Below, in pieces: positions 47,101 through 55,900 of a stretch of DNA of 64,000 nucleotides. Position 1 is the stretch's first letter. The number at the start of each line of letters is the position of its first letter. The stretch lies in the IMG/VR virus record IMGVR_UViG_3300037011_001068, positions 32,001 to 96,000 of that record; one strand, 5' to 3'. A model generated the notes under the pieces. The model did no database searches, was not told the DNA's origin, and saw nothing but the letters and a program-made list of their open reading frames with translations. The DNA comes from a virus. The position numbers and the translations under genes are program-made.

Positions 47101-47562
47101 ATGGCAGAAATTCAGGATTCTTTCGAGCTGCATGCAAAGGTGCGGGAAGACGGGGAGCACTTGATCGTCACGGTTCCTAAAAGTGCCATCATCAAGTTTT
47201 TGACAGGATCGGATATTCTGAAGGCGCTTTTAGAGGAGGGCTCAGATGTCGTCTACTCTAGCGGAGGAACATGGGCTGACAGCGGAGGAGTCGAATCAGG
47301 GGAAGCTCCTCAATCTGAAGGGGCAACCGATCACGCGGGAGATGATCAAGAAAGCGATTCAGCAAGCGCTGGAAGCGGACAAGGTTTTTCTGATGTCACA
47401 AAGCAGGTTTTCGATCAAGAAAACCTAGCTTATAAGCGGACCAAGAAAGTGCTCATAAAACTTGGCTGGAAAGAGACCGATTTTTTGGACGGTGGTCCTC
47501 TTTATGGGTGGAGCACGAACCAGTTGATTGACCTTGTGCGGGAGAGTAGGAATGCAAATTGA
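44152..47562 (+). CDS. SNF2-family helicase fused to N-terminal modules (probably virion-associated)
   Basis: LYPYQ, GDEMGLGKT, DESH, LSGT, QAEDRCHRIGQ. Confidence 0.9.
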   Translation: MRLQLEATAEELSTKSEDLLEAIQQLVRPYSEDLADKLEKALPEKEESLKFPVLQELENRVENLYKEHVGAMIEEIFAVLQDNAKKSEGGLEKAGGPFIGPKGGMWADPEHTEHWDPDAKHESGGEKKPEHKKAEEKVPEFYSDDVATKKLEEIGDSLYDMQTDMHDVLDKTGLSLHDYTAWASVKGNLNKMKFLLSKYKKQISYGWGEEEYHKLGLGQAPLGSEVKPFYQQNYGSLSLPVNGFIQKPAFKDYLAYHQALKSKGFVSYDGTAWFIYKKRLADFPWKEYVQKMAEFGIKVPEKMPEPPPQKEFPKDPAIGLSVSGSTVDQVIAGILHKQVHDKLAVKRSKDGKFSFYYPYTPALNDLFSNKAGNLTGITKYNPENHARETFQLELVEEAIEKIKKLAPELEIVTEGVSEARIEKDAEIAELQKPIPEVAKLINPKYKLYPYQNECVRFLDKAKGNALIGDEMGLGKTLETLAWCAKNGKKVVVVTPRVVRRTWLQESVKFFPGYFKGVELVSSDIKKGKVPDLSDANIVTVNYESLSKFLPQIQAAGFDTIIVDESHRMKNPKAKATQSIQAVAKLPTMKHRILLSGTAIKNKKEELYTQLGLVAPGKFSKEALKYGTIGGLWMDMRSVYLARQKSLVLKDLPEKTTQIIEHPSKKGVPDLDELADLSPQEKIGRFSQMKAEIAVHKAPETLEFVKEILESSDSKVVLFSDSVEAAHYLADQLGDVALLHTGEMSLDKQEALKKEFERQDEEGNFISPKRVFVATRQSLAVGATLVAADKVVFNDLPWTTADIRQAEDRCHRIGQKNAVTVYWSKLGGNAFDENIISILKRKFELSKKVNQGQQLTKEEVAWQNKSITLNEVLAQYQGDKAGPGKTSSLGPSLPELGEQGEILPPVKEKALEALPVPVEEPKLSKPGVNTPQKMEAPKEAPKAPPAISVGTLDPLVLGAGGKIEESKINPANYDIKIPKGKPEVMAEIQDSFELHAKVREDGEHLIVTVPKSAIIKFLTGSDILKALLEEGSDVVYSSGGTWADSGGVESGEAPQSEGATDHAGDDQESDSASAGSGQGFSDVTKQVFDQENLAYKRTKKVLIKLGWKETDFLDGGPLYGWSTNQLIDLVRESRNAN

Positions 47563-47672
47563 GCAATTAAAGCGGTATCAGCGTATAAACAGCGCGAAAC
47601 GCTTTTTGATAGTTTGTAAAACCTGCATGTATCAAGAGGCATGCCAGGATCGAATGGGTTGGAATTTTCGAG

Positions 47673-47942
47673 ATGACATGCCTTGCGTCTATCATCCAAG
47701 CCGGTGGAAAAAGCGTTTGGAAAGGGATGCTCGTGCACTCGAGACAGCCCCGTCGGAGTTTGTTGGGTGAGCTTCACGCTGAATGCCCCCTTTGTGGTGG
47801 GGCGCCTGTTTTTTGGAGCCCGTGTCGATGTTTCGTTCTCGTTTGCGAGCAAGGCCATTATTGGTACGGGTCAGATTATGGTCGGAAATTTGAGTTTCAT
47901 GGACCCTTAGGGCGAGAGGAGCCTGAGCATGTACATGGATGA
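47673..47942 (+). CDS. small Cys-rich protein (start probably near 47760); paralog of the next gene
   Basis: CPLCGG...C.C....CEQGHYWY...GRKF..HG. Confidence 0.5.
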   Translation: MTCLASIIQAGGKSVWKGMLVHSRQPRRSLLGELHAECPLCGGAPVFWSPCRCFVLVCEQGHYWYGSDYGRKFEFHGPLGREEPEHVHG

Positions 47943-48135
47943 GCCAGGATTCCAGAGTACATGCCCCCAATGCGGGGGAGTGGCTGTCACGCGATGCCAA
48001 TGCCCTTGCGCGATTTCTATCTGCTCAGAGGGACACACATGGTACGCGAGCGCGTGGGGAAGAAAATATCGAGTGCATGGTAGCGCTGAAAAAGCGGAAA
48101 AGTCTATCGAGGTGCCGGATGCTCCTAAGTCCTAG
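47929..48135 (+). CDS. small Cys-rich protein
   Basis: CPQCGG...CQC....CSEGHTWY...GRKY..HG. Confidence 0.55.
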   Translation: MYMDEPGFQSTCPQCGGVAVTRCQCPCAISICSEGHTWYASAWGRKYRVHGSAEKAEKSIEVPDAPKS

Positions 48136-51100
48136 ACAGCTTCAAGAGATCCAGAAAATAATTCAGACCTACCATGAGGCGTTCATCGTGAACGCGATAT
48201 CAGTTGAAGCGGTGGCTCCAGAAATTTTGGAGAAGCTCAAGAAAAAGGGTCTCGTGCATGCCACGGTGAAATCGATCGAGGAGGCGTATCTTTATGGGCA
48301 GCTCCTCGCGCTACTCGAGAACCCCAAGGTCGCCAAAATGTCTTACGAGGATTTTAAAAAGTATCTCCGGAAGCACCCTATTCCGCTGACGCCGGTGGAG
48401 CGGCAGGGGATTCAAATGGCTATCCAGAGTGCGGGGCAATATTGTCGCGGCTTGGGGAACAAGGTCAACCTTGCGACCGGGGCGGTGCTCATCGAGGCAG
48501 ATCAAAAGCTCCGGGCGAAGATGGTGGGAGTCATCCAGAACAAGGTCGCTGAGAACATCATGAAGCGGCAAACCATCCAAGATCTTCGGAGTGACCTCGG
48601 GTGGGCGACGGGGGATTGGGCCCGAGACTTTCATCGAATCGCGGTGACCGAGAAGCAAGCGGCCATGCTCGAGGGGCAGGCGAATCACATCCAGAAAAGG
48701 CATGGCCCCGAGGCTTGGATTGCAAAGAGACCCATGCCGGGCGCTTGCGAGCGGTGCAAGGCCTTGTACCTCGGGCCCGATAGCCATCCGAGGATTTTCA
48801 AGCTCACCACCCTGGCGGCGCACGGGACAAACGCGGGCCGGAAGGCTTCGGAGTGGCTTCCGACCGTGGGCCCGATTCATCCAAACTGCCAATGCGTTAT
48901 GACGCGTGTCCCGCAGGGGTGGGGGTTCAATGAGGAGGGGCAACTGATCCCGGGCGGGGCCGGCGGGAAGCATTATGAGGATGAGGGGAAGCTCCAGCTT
49001 GCTATGCTCCGCGAAGCTGATCTCCGAAAATCCTATCAATTCGATCGAGATTTCGATTTTCAGGGAATCCCCATCGTAATCGAGAACCATGTTGGGAGCA
49101 TGAGAACCTGGCGTGCTGCGAACGGGGAGACCGGGACTACTGAGATGCTCCATGCCTACGGCTACATCCCGGGGACCACCGGGGCAGACCAGGATGAGAT
49201 TGACGTATTTCTGGGGCCGGACCCGGAGGCGGAATATGCTTTTCTCGTCCACCAGCAGAACCCGGAGAATGGTCTTTACGATGAAGAGAAGGTGATGCTC
49301 GGCTTCTCGAACCAGGAGCTCGCTGAGGAGGCTTATCGCCAGCACTACACCCACCCGGATACCTACCTCCTGACCGTGAGCCCGATGGACATTGAAGCCT
49401 TCAAGCGTTGGATTCTCATGACCCGCCCGGTGGAGGGGTTCCAGAAATCAGGGCTTCGGCTTGTTCTCCCGCTCGAGAAGGCCAGAGGGCCTTTCATCGG
49501 TCCTCGGGGCGGTCTATGGGCGGATCCAGAGCACAAGGAGCATTGGGATCCAGAAGCACAGAAAAATGTAAGCACAGAAGAAAAGGAATCTGGAAATCCA
49601 GAAAAAAAGGAAGAAATGGACGAAAAGGAAACGTGGAAGATAACGGCAGTTGAAGACCTTCGCCCTATCGATTGGGTGTCGGGGAAGAGAGCGCCTTTGC
49701 ACGCTGGAGAAGGGAACACTTGCGACCGATGCGGGAAAGAGCACGCGATAATTTACCACATGCAATCGAGCTCTGGGAAAGTGCTGGCAGTGGGGAGCGG
49801 GTGTGGCCCGAGGCTTGTCGGCGGCGCGGGGTTAATCGACAAGGAGAGCAAGAAGAAAGCGGAGAAAGATCTCAAAGCGCGGGAAGTGCGGATCGCAGAG
49901 AACATGGTTTCCGGATGGTTCCTTCGGGGCCTGCAGGAGCTCGATAAGGTGGCCCCATTCTCAAAGCTCACCTTGAAAGAAATCCCAGTGGATGCGGATG
50001 CTATCAGCTTCCACCTGAACAAGATCAAAACCCGATGGATAGCATTAGATGAAGCGGGGAAAGAGTGGGCTAGGCAGCGGGGGATAGTGCAGACGTCTGA
50101 AGATATCGAAGGGCTTGCAAGTGAAGAGAGAATTCGTTTTGAAGTGACGAGGGTGCTTGATACGTTGAAAGTGCCTGTTACTAAGGAGTGGAAATGGGAT
50201 ATCGAATTCCCATTTGAGTCTCCTGGGTATTGGGTAAGAGACCGTCTGCACGAGCGGCTTACAAGCTACCTTGCGCGCCGTCTTCTTTCTCCGCTTCATC
50301 CAGGCCTTCGCCTTCTTGCGAAGCACGATTTATTTACAGCGGAGAAGCTCCAGGAGATGAAGGAACGCGCCATGGAATTTGAGGCTTTCCCTCAAGGGAG
50401 ACCCCTTGAGAAGGGTGGAACAGATTCTATGATCAGCGTGGGGGACAGCCAGTGGGAAAATCGGAACGTAGTTTCTGGACACGCGGTTAATTTTATCATG
50501 CGGTCTCCAAAGAACCACAAGAAAACCGATCCTATCACCATGCAGGACTACTTTCCGACGCTTGATGAGTTTGCCCATGAGCACATGGAAAACGAGATGT
50601 GGAGGCGAGATCCAAAGGTGTACGAGGTTGAGGAGCCCGTGCCTCGGCAAGTGCGGCCGGTGAAAGTGACCTCGGGGCAGAAGCCCGAGACAGAGGAAGA
50701 GGTGACTCGTCGAAAAAAGAAGCTCATTCAGCGGTTCGTCATGAATATGGGGCGGCCGAAAAATACTCCCCTTGAAAAAGCTCTTCCCCCGACCATCAAG
50801 AAAATCGGTGTTCATGGCGGAAAAATCATTGGCTGGGGCCGTGGAATGAAACCCATTTATTTGGGGCAAGGAGGGCAGGATAAGCGAAGCGCTGTTCATA
50901 CTTGGGCTGAATCTCATGGGGGAAAAGTTTCTCCTGTTCGGGGGCAGGAAGAGCATCCAGATCCAGAAGCGCTGGTCATCAAGGTTCCCCCTCATAAAGT
51001 TCAGCACCTCGAGCAATTCAAAGAGGAGCATGGAATTCCTGGGTCCACTTTTGGGGGTGAGACTTATCGGATGCTGGTGGTTCCCAAGGAGCATTGGATA

Positions 51101-52471
51101 GCAGCCAGCGAGAAGCTCGAGGGAGGAATCCCTGTGGCTTCAGAATTTACTCCGAGCGCACCTTTACCGGCAGCGCAAGAAATTGCAGAAGACGGGACGG
51201 TAGTATTCGCAGATCTTTCCACGGTAAAGCAGCTTTCGATCTTGCAAGGCGCTTCCAAGGCATCTTTGAAGGTGCCTTCAAAGGCGAAAGATGTGATCCA
51301 GCAGGGCCAGGTGGTGGAAGCTATTTTTCATGATGGGAGTTCCGGGGAAGGCAAAGTAGTGGGAACGGATCCTCGAGGAGATTTTTTGGTTCAGCGTAAT
51401 GGCGTGAAGCTTGCCCGTAAAAGTAATGTGAAGCGAAAGGGCAAAGAGGAGTACAAATCGGTTTATGAGGGCGTGAGCGAGAAAAACATTTTTAAGCCTT
51501 CTCCACGGCAACAAACGCTCCTTCGGCAGTTGTTGACCGAAGAAAAAGTCGTCGGTGAGCATGTGGCTCAAGAGTACCTTGATTGGCTGTGGAACCACGG
51601 GCACGAAGCGTTTGTCGTCGGCGGCGTTGTGCGGGATATGTTGCACGGGACAATTTCTGGATCAGACTTGAGCGATAAGCAGGTGTTCGAGAGCATGAAG
51701 GACGTGGATCTCGTAACGTCGGCGAGCCCACCGGAGATAAAAAGGATGTTCGAGGAGATCAATAAAGAATTTGGAGATCTTTCTGTGACCGTGGATGCTC
51801 ATCCTTGGGGCGTTTATTGCCATCAAGGTGCGGGCCTTGGGTTGGATGTGAGCTCCATGGTACATTCCGGGACCAATGATTTTCATCGTGCGAATATAAA
51901 AGAACACGCGCTTTATCCCAACGAAAAAATCAAAATCGAACCCCCCTCGATTTTCGATCACAAGCTGCTCAAGGATATGATGCGTCGGGATGCGGCATGC
52001 AATTCCCTTTATTACGATGCTCAGAATGAGGTGATCGTGGATCCTTCGGGGCATGGAGTGATGGACGCTGAAAATGGGGTAGCAAGGATTGAGGGGTCTA
52101 GGGAAGATCATCAGGACAATCGACCAATTCTTTTTCGTTTCTTGAAGCTCATCGAAAAGGGAGCTATCCCGGATAAAAAGTCTTGGGATATGGCTCGTGA
52201 GGTTTTCAAAGATCAAATGATTCATATGACCCCTTTGCAGAGAGCTCATATTATTTATCAGGTATGGGGTAAAAAAGAAGGCGTGACTGCCAAAGATGCG
52301 CTTGAGAAATGCATCAAGGCTTGTAAGGCAGGTGGATGCTATGTGCTCTTCCGAGAATTTTTTAAAAATGATGCTTTCACGCTTCTCATTCTTGCGGAGA
52401 AAATTAAATCATATCAAGATGCCAAAGAAGAGGTGCGTGCTAGAGTGAAGAAAGCGGTGATGCATGTTTAA
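48119..52471 (+). CDS. MuF-like head morphogenesis protein fused to an inorganic pyrophosphatase-like domain and a CCA/poly(A) polymerase-type nucleotidyltransferase
   Basis: RIAVTE...ACERC...HPNCQC; IVIEN..GS.R...YGYI.GT.GADQDEIDVFLG...DEEKVMLGF; VGGVVRD...DVDL...RRD..CNSLYYD. Confidence 0.82.
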   Translation: MLLSPRQLQEIQKIIQTYHEAFIVNAISVEAVAPEILEKLKKKGLVHATVKSIEEAYLYGQLLALLENPKVAKMSYEDFKKYLRKHPIPLTPVERQGIQMAIQSAGQYCRGLGNKVNLATGAVLIEADQKLRAKMVGVIQNKVAENIMKRQTIQDLRSDLGWATGDWARDFHRIAVTEKQAAMLEGQANHIQKRHGPEAWIAKRPMPGACERCKALYLGPDSHPRIFKLTTLAAHGTNAGRKASEWLPTVGPIHPNCQCVMTRVPQGWGFNEEGQLIPGGAGGKHYEDEGKLQLAMLREADLRKSYQFDRDFDFQGIPIVIENHVGSMRTWRAANGETGTTEMLHAYGYIPGTTGADQDEIDVFLGPDPEAEYAFLVHQQNPENGLYDEEKVMLGFSNQELAEEAYRQHYTHPDTYLLTVSPMDIEAFKRWILMTRPVEGFQKSGLRLVLPLEKARGPFIGPRGGLWADPEHKEHWDPEAQKNVSTEEKESGNPEKKEEMDEKETWKITAVEDLRPIDWVSGKRAPLHAGEGNTCDRCGKEHAIIYHMQSSSGKVLAVGSGCGPRLVGGAGLIDKESKKKAEKDLKAREVRIAENMVSGWFLRGLQELDKVAPFSKLTLKEIPVDADAISFHLNKIKTRWIALDEAGKEWARQRGIVQTSEDIEGLASEERIRFEVTRVLDTLKVPVTKEWKWDIEFPFESPGYWVRDRLHERLTSYLARRLLSPLHPGLRLLAKHDLFTAEKLQEMKERAMEFEAFPQGRPLEKGGTDSMISVGDSQWENRNVVSGHAVNFIMRSPKNHKKTDPITMQDYFPTLDEFAHEHMENEMWRRDPKVYEVEEPVPRQVRPVKVTSGQKPETEEEVTRRKKKLIQRFVMNMGRPKNTPLEKALPPTIKKIGVHGGKIIGWGRGMKPIYLGQGGQDKRSAVHTWAESHGGKVSPVRGQEEHPDPEALVIKVPPHKVQHLEQFKEEHGIPGSTFGGETYRMLVVPKEHWIAASEKLEGGIPVASEFTPSAPLPAAQEIAEDGTVVFADLSTVKQLSILQGASKASLKVPSKAKDVIQQGQVVEAIFHDGSSGEGKVVGTDPRGDFLVQRNGVKLARKSNVKRKGKEEYKSVYEGVSEKNIFKPSPRQQTLLRQLLTEEKVVGEHVAQEYLDWLWNHGHEAFVVGGVVRDMLHGTISGSDLSDKQVFESMKDVDLVTSASPPEIKRMFEEINKEFGDLSVTVDAHPWGVYCHQGAGLGLDVSSMVHSGTNDFHRANIKEHALYPNEKIKIEPPSIFDHKLLKDMMRRDAACNSLYYDAQNEVIVDPSGHGVMDAENGVARIEGSREDHQDNRPILFRFLKLIEKGAIPDKKSWDMAREVFKDQMIHMTPLQRAHIIYQVWGKKEGVTAKDALEKCIKACKAGGCYVLFREFFKNDAFTLLILAEKIKSYQDAKEEVRARVKKAVMHV

Positions 52472-52721
52472 TCAGCCAATGTTCATGCTCAATCCTGCCG
52501 AGGATGGTATCTTTGACGTGCTGTACTATCCGCCTTCGTTGGGGGTGGAGTATTCGGATTTTGAAAATGAGCTGCGGTTGGATCGATGCGTGGAAATGCA
52601 AGCCAAGGTCCGGTACAAGGATCAGGTTTTTGTTACCGTGATCGTAAAGCAAATTCTTTTTCCTGGAGCTGATGAATATTGGCTTCGTCAAAGGGATCTC
52701 GAAAATGCTATACCTGCTTAA
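52464..52721 (+). CDS. hypothetical protein
   Basis: Overlaps the previous stop. Confidence 0.45.
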   Translation: MFNQPMFMLNPAEDGIFDVLYYPPSLGVEYSDFENELRLDRCVEMQAKVRYKDQVFVTVIVKQILFPGADEYWLRQRDLENAIPA

Positions 52722-52920
52722 GTTGAAAAAAGCGCGGCCGGTTGAAAAGGAAGAGGGGGTGCTCACCCGGACAGGGCGGCGCATAGCGGTAGCTTACGCT
52801 CGGAAGTGGGTAGCACAGGTTCGAGCCCTCGATCTTGAGCGGGCCTACCCTTCCCTGCAAAGCCTATTTTTGGACATCCGGCGGGATTCAGCTCTCGCTC
52901 GTGAATACGAAAAGGACTAG
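52705..52920 (+). CDS. hypothetical protein
   Basis: Coupled ORF containing LKKA. Confidence 0.45.
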   Translation: MLYLLKLKKARPVEKEEGVLTRTGRRIAVAYARKWVAQVRALDLERAYPSLQSLFLDIRRDSALAREYEKD

Positions 52921-52922
52921 CA

Positions 52923-55900
52923 ATGCTCGCTACACAGCTCACGGCTCCTAAATGGGTCCATACGTCTTTTCAGAAGGCTGGCGTGAAAACCAAGCCCATG
53001 AAACTCGGGTTGGGAAGCTGGAAAGGCTTGAGCATCATTGCCATTGGGCCCAAAGGGGGCCGTATCATTGGGTATGGGCGTTTCCACAAGGCCATTTATG
53101 CTGGTAGTGCTATCGCCGAGCATTTGGTCGCTTTGCGAGAAGAGGCGGCTGCTTCCAAAAAGTGGACCCCCAGCACAGAAATCCAGAAATTAGTGGAGTG
53201 GCTTACTGAGCTCGGGATTGACGGGAAGGCCTTTAAGGATCGGGTGGAGGTGGAGGAGGACGCTGGAAAGCTTCTCGGTCAGTCTTTCAGTGTTTACGGA
53301 AATACTGAACCTGGAAAGAAGCTCAGCTTCAAGGTAGCAGAGCTCCTCCCGCATATCGGTGAGCCCTTGAAGCCCGCTGAGAATGAAGCGCTCTCCTACG
53401 CGGCCGAGGTGGCGAGTGGGCAGTTCCAGGAGGAGAAGCTCTTCCCGGATCTGAAGACGCTTGAGCCCGTGCCTCTTGAGGGGGTGTATGCGAAATATGC
53501 TGGGAGCCACGGGAACAAGCTCTTTCGGGATCCAGAGGAAAGGCTCTGGATTTTCAAGGCCGCGAACCCCATTATCGCTCGAGCAGAGGAGGCAGCTAAT
53601 CGGGTTGGGCGACACATCCTCGGGGACAAGTTTCCGCCCGCCAAGTACGTCCAGCTCGGAGGCAAGGATGGTGTCTTGATCGGGGAAATGCTCGGCGAGG
53701 TATGGCAGGAATCGAGCGCCATGCATTCTCACCCCCCTCTGAATCTTCTCAAAGAACATCGGCTTGAAGTGCTCCAGCATGAAATTCTGGATTGGTTGCT
53801 CGCGAACCACGATAGTCACGCCGGCCAGTTCCTTTCGCATGAAGGGGAGCTCATTGCAATCGACAAAGGGCAGGCCTGGAAATGGATCGGTGAGGACACT
53901 TTTCATCCTGGGTTCAAGGGGCAGAATCCAAGCGATCCGATTTACAAGAAATTTTGGGAGCAGGTGAAGTCTGGGAAGATTTCGAGCGAAGGTTTCGTGG
54001 AGGCGGCGCTCGAGGTTATTGAGCGATGGCGGCAGATCCCTGTAGAGCAGTTTCGCTCGATCGTCGCTCCTTACGTGGTTACCTTGGCAGGGGGGACGCA
54101 CAAGGAGCCCGAAGAAATCGCTAAGAAGCTTGAGGCTCGCTTCCTGTCCTTGGCGAAGGACGTGGAGGGGTTTTTGAGCGGGCAGCTCGGGCAAGTAGTC
54201 TCCTTCGGGGGCGTGCAGCCTATCGAGCCTACGACCGAGACTCTGCCTTCCCCTCTGAAGCTTGCACCCTCTCCCAAAGAGCCGGAATTGCCCATTCAAG
54301 CGATTCCAAAGCCCCCCCTGGCTGGACCCCTCTCCGTGGCAATAGAGCCCTCCTCTGCCCTTTCCGTGGCTTCTCAGTGGCCCATCACGAAAGGCAACGA
54401 AAAGGGGAAGGTGACTGTGACTTCTCCGGGCGTGAAGCCTCCTGCGAGCTGGCCGGCGGGAATCCCGGGGGCAGGGTTTATGCAGGACATCGTTTACAAA
54501 AAGGAGGCCTACAAGCTTTCCATTTTCGAGAAAGGCGGGAAGGTATCCTTCTTGATTCAGTACCCTGACGGCACGTCGAATACGTGGCCTTCCATCAATC
54601 AGGCAGGGGATTCTTTGTACCTGTACGCGAATAAGCTTCCCATTTCCATGGGGGCCAAGGATAAAAAAGAGAAGGGGATTTCTCTGGGTTCCAAGGTCTT
54701 TCGGTTCGAGCAATTCAAGGCGGAGCTCGAGGCTGCTTATGGAATGCCTTCCGTGGCGGTGGAGAGCCCCCCTTCCAAGGCGAAAAGCATAAAGCCGCTT
54801 GCGGAGTCGATTACGGTCCAGACCCCCAAAGAGCTTGAGCAGGCGAATATCATTGAACCGGGGCAAAAGAATCTCCCCTTTTATGAAGTGGCAGAGAAAC
54901 TTCCCGCGTGGGAAGAAGTCGATCCTTCGGTGATGCCTCCAGAGGTACAGGAATTGATCGATCAAATGGATGCGAGTATAACCTCTTATCCTGATGTCTG
55001 GGATGCAGCGATCTTTCCTGGAAAAGTGGTTAAGATTTTATTGAATACTACGGGAAAGCCAGGGTTCTTAATTGGGGATGTAAAGCAAGGAAAGCCTGTT
55101 TATCATATTTATAAGCAAGATCCCCAGGGGAACTATACGATAGGCTCTCCGATGAACGCGGAAATTTACGATACTGGCTTTGATTTGTATTCAAAGCTTG
55201 GATCGAAAGGGCTAGAAGAGGAACCTTATGATCCGTTGAAGGTGCTTATGGAAGGACCAAAGGCAGGGAAGGAAAAACCTTCGGAAGATAATTTTGAGAC
55301 TATGCCGGAAAAAGAAGCGCAGCCGATCCAATTTTCTGGAAAGACGGCAAATGAACACATGAAGGTCGCGGTAGCGTTACCGGCCGGGACGATTATAACG
55401 CTCACTCCAGCAAAATGGCCGGATGTACCTACAGTGAATTTCGTCAAGAATGAAAAGGGATCGTGGCACCCTTTTGATACGGCAACGCAGGCTCCACTGG
55501 AAAAAGAAATTTTTTCATCCAATATGATTGGAGTAATTGTCAATAGCATGCTCAAGAATGGCGGCTTGGTTGTGCATTCTATGGGTGCTATCAAGAAGCC
55601 CGCACCCAGCAACTTTGAGACTATGCCTGAATCTGTGTATCAGCCAAAAGCTGGAGTGCCGAAGCTTGCAGATATAGAGTCGGCGGAAGAGGGGGCGGAG
55701 ATCAAGTTACAAACAGAAGGGCAGGATGCTCCCACGGTTTTTACTAAGACCCAGGGAGAGTGGTGGGTATTGAATCCTGGAGCCAATAAGCATGAGAAGG
55801 TGACTTTTTCGGAGGTGTTCCTAGCGGATGTTTTGGACACGGCGAGTCAGAATTCCAATATTACAGTCAAAGGAATGAGTTTAGGGCAGGAAAAGAAGCC

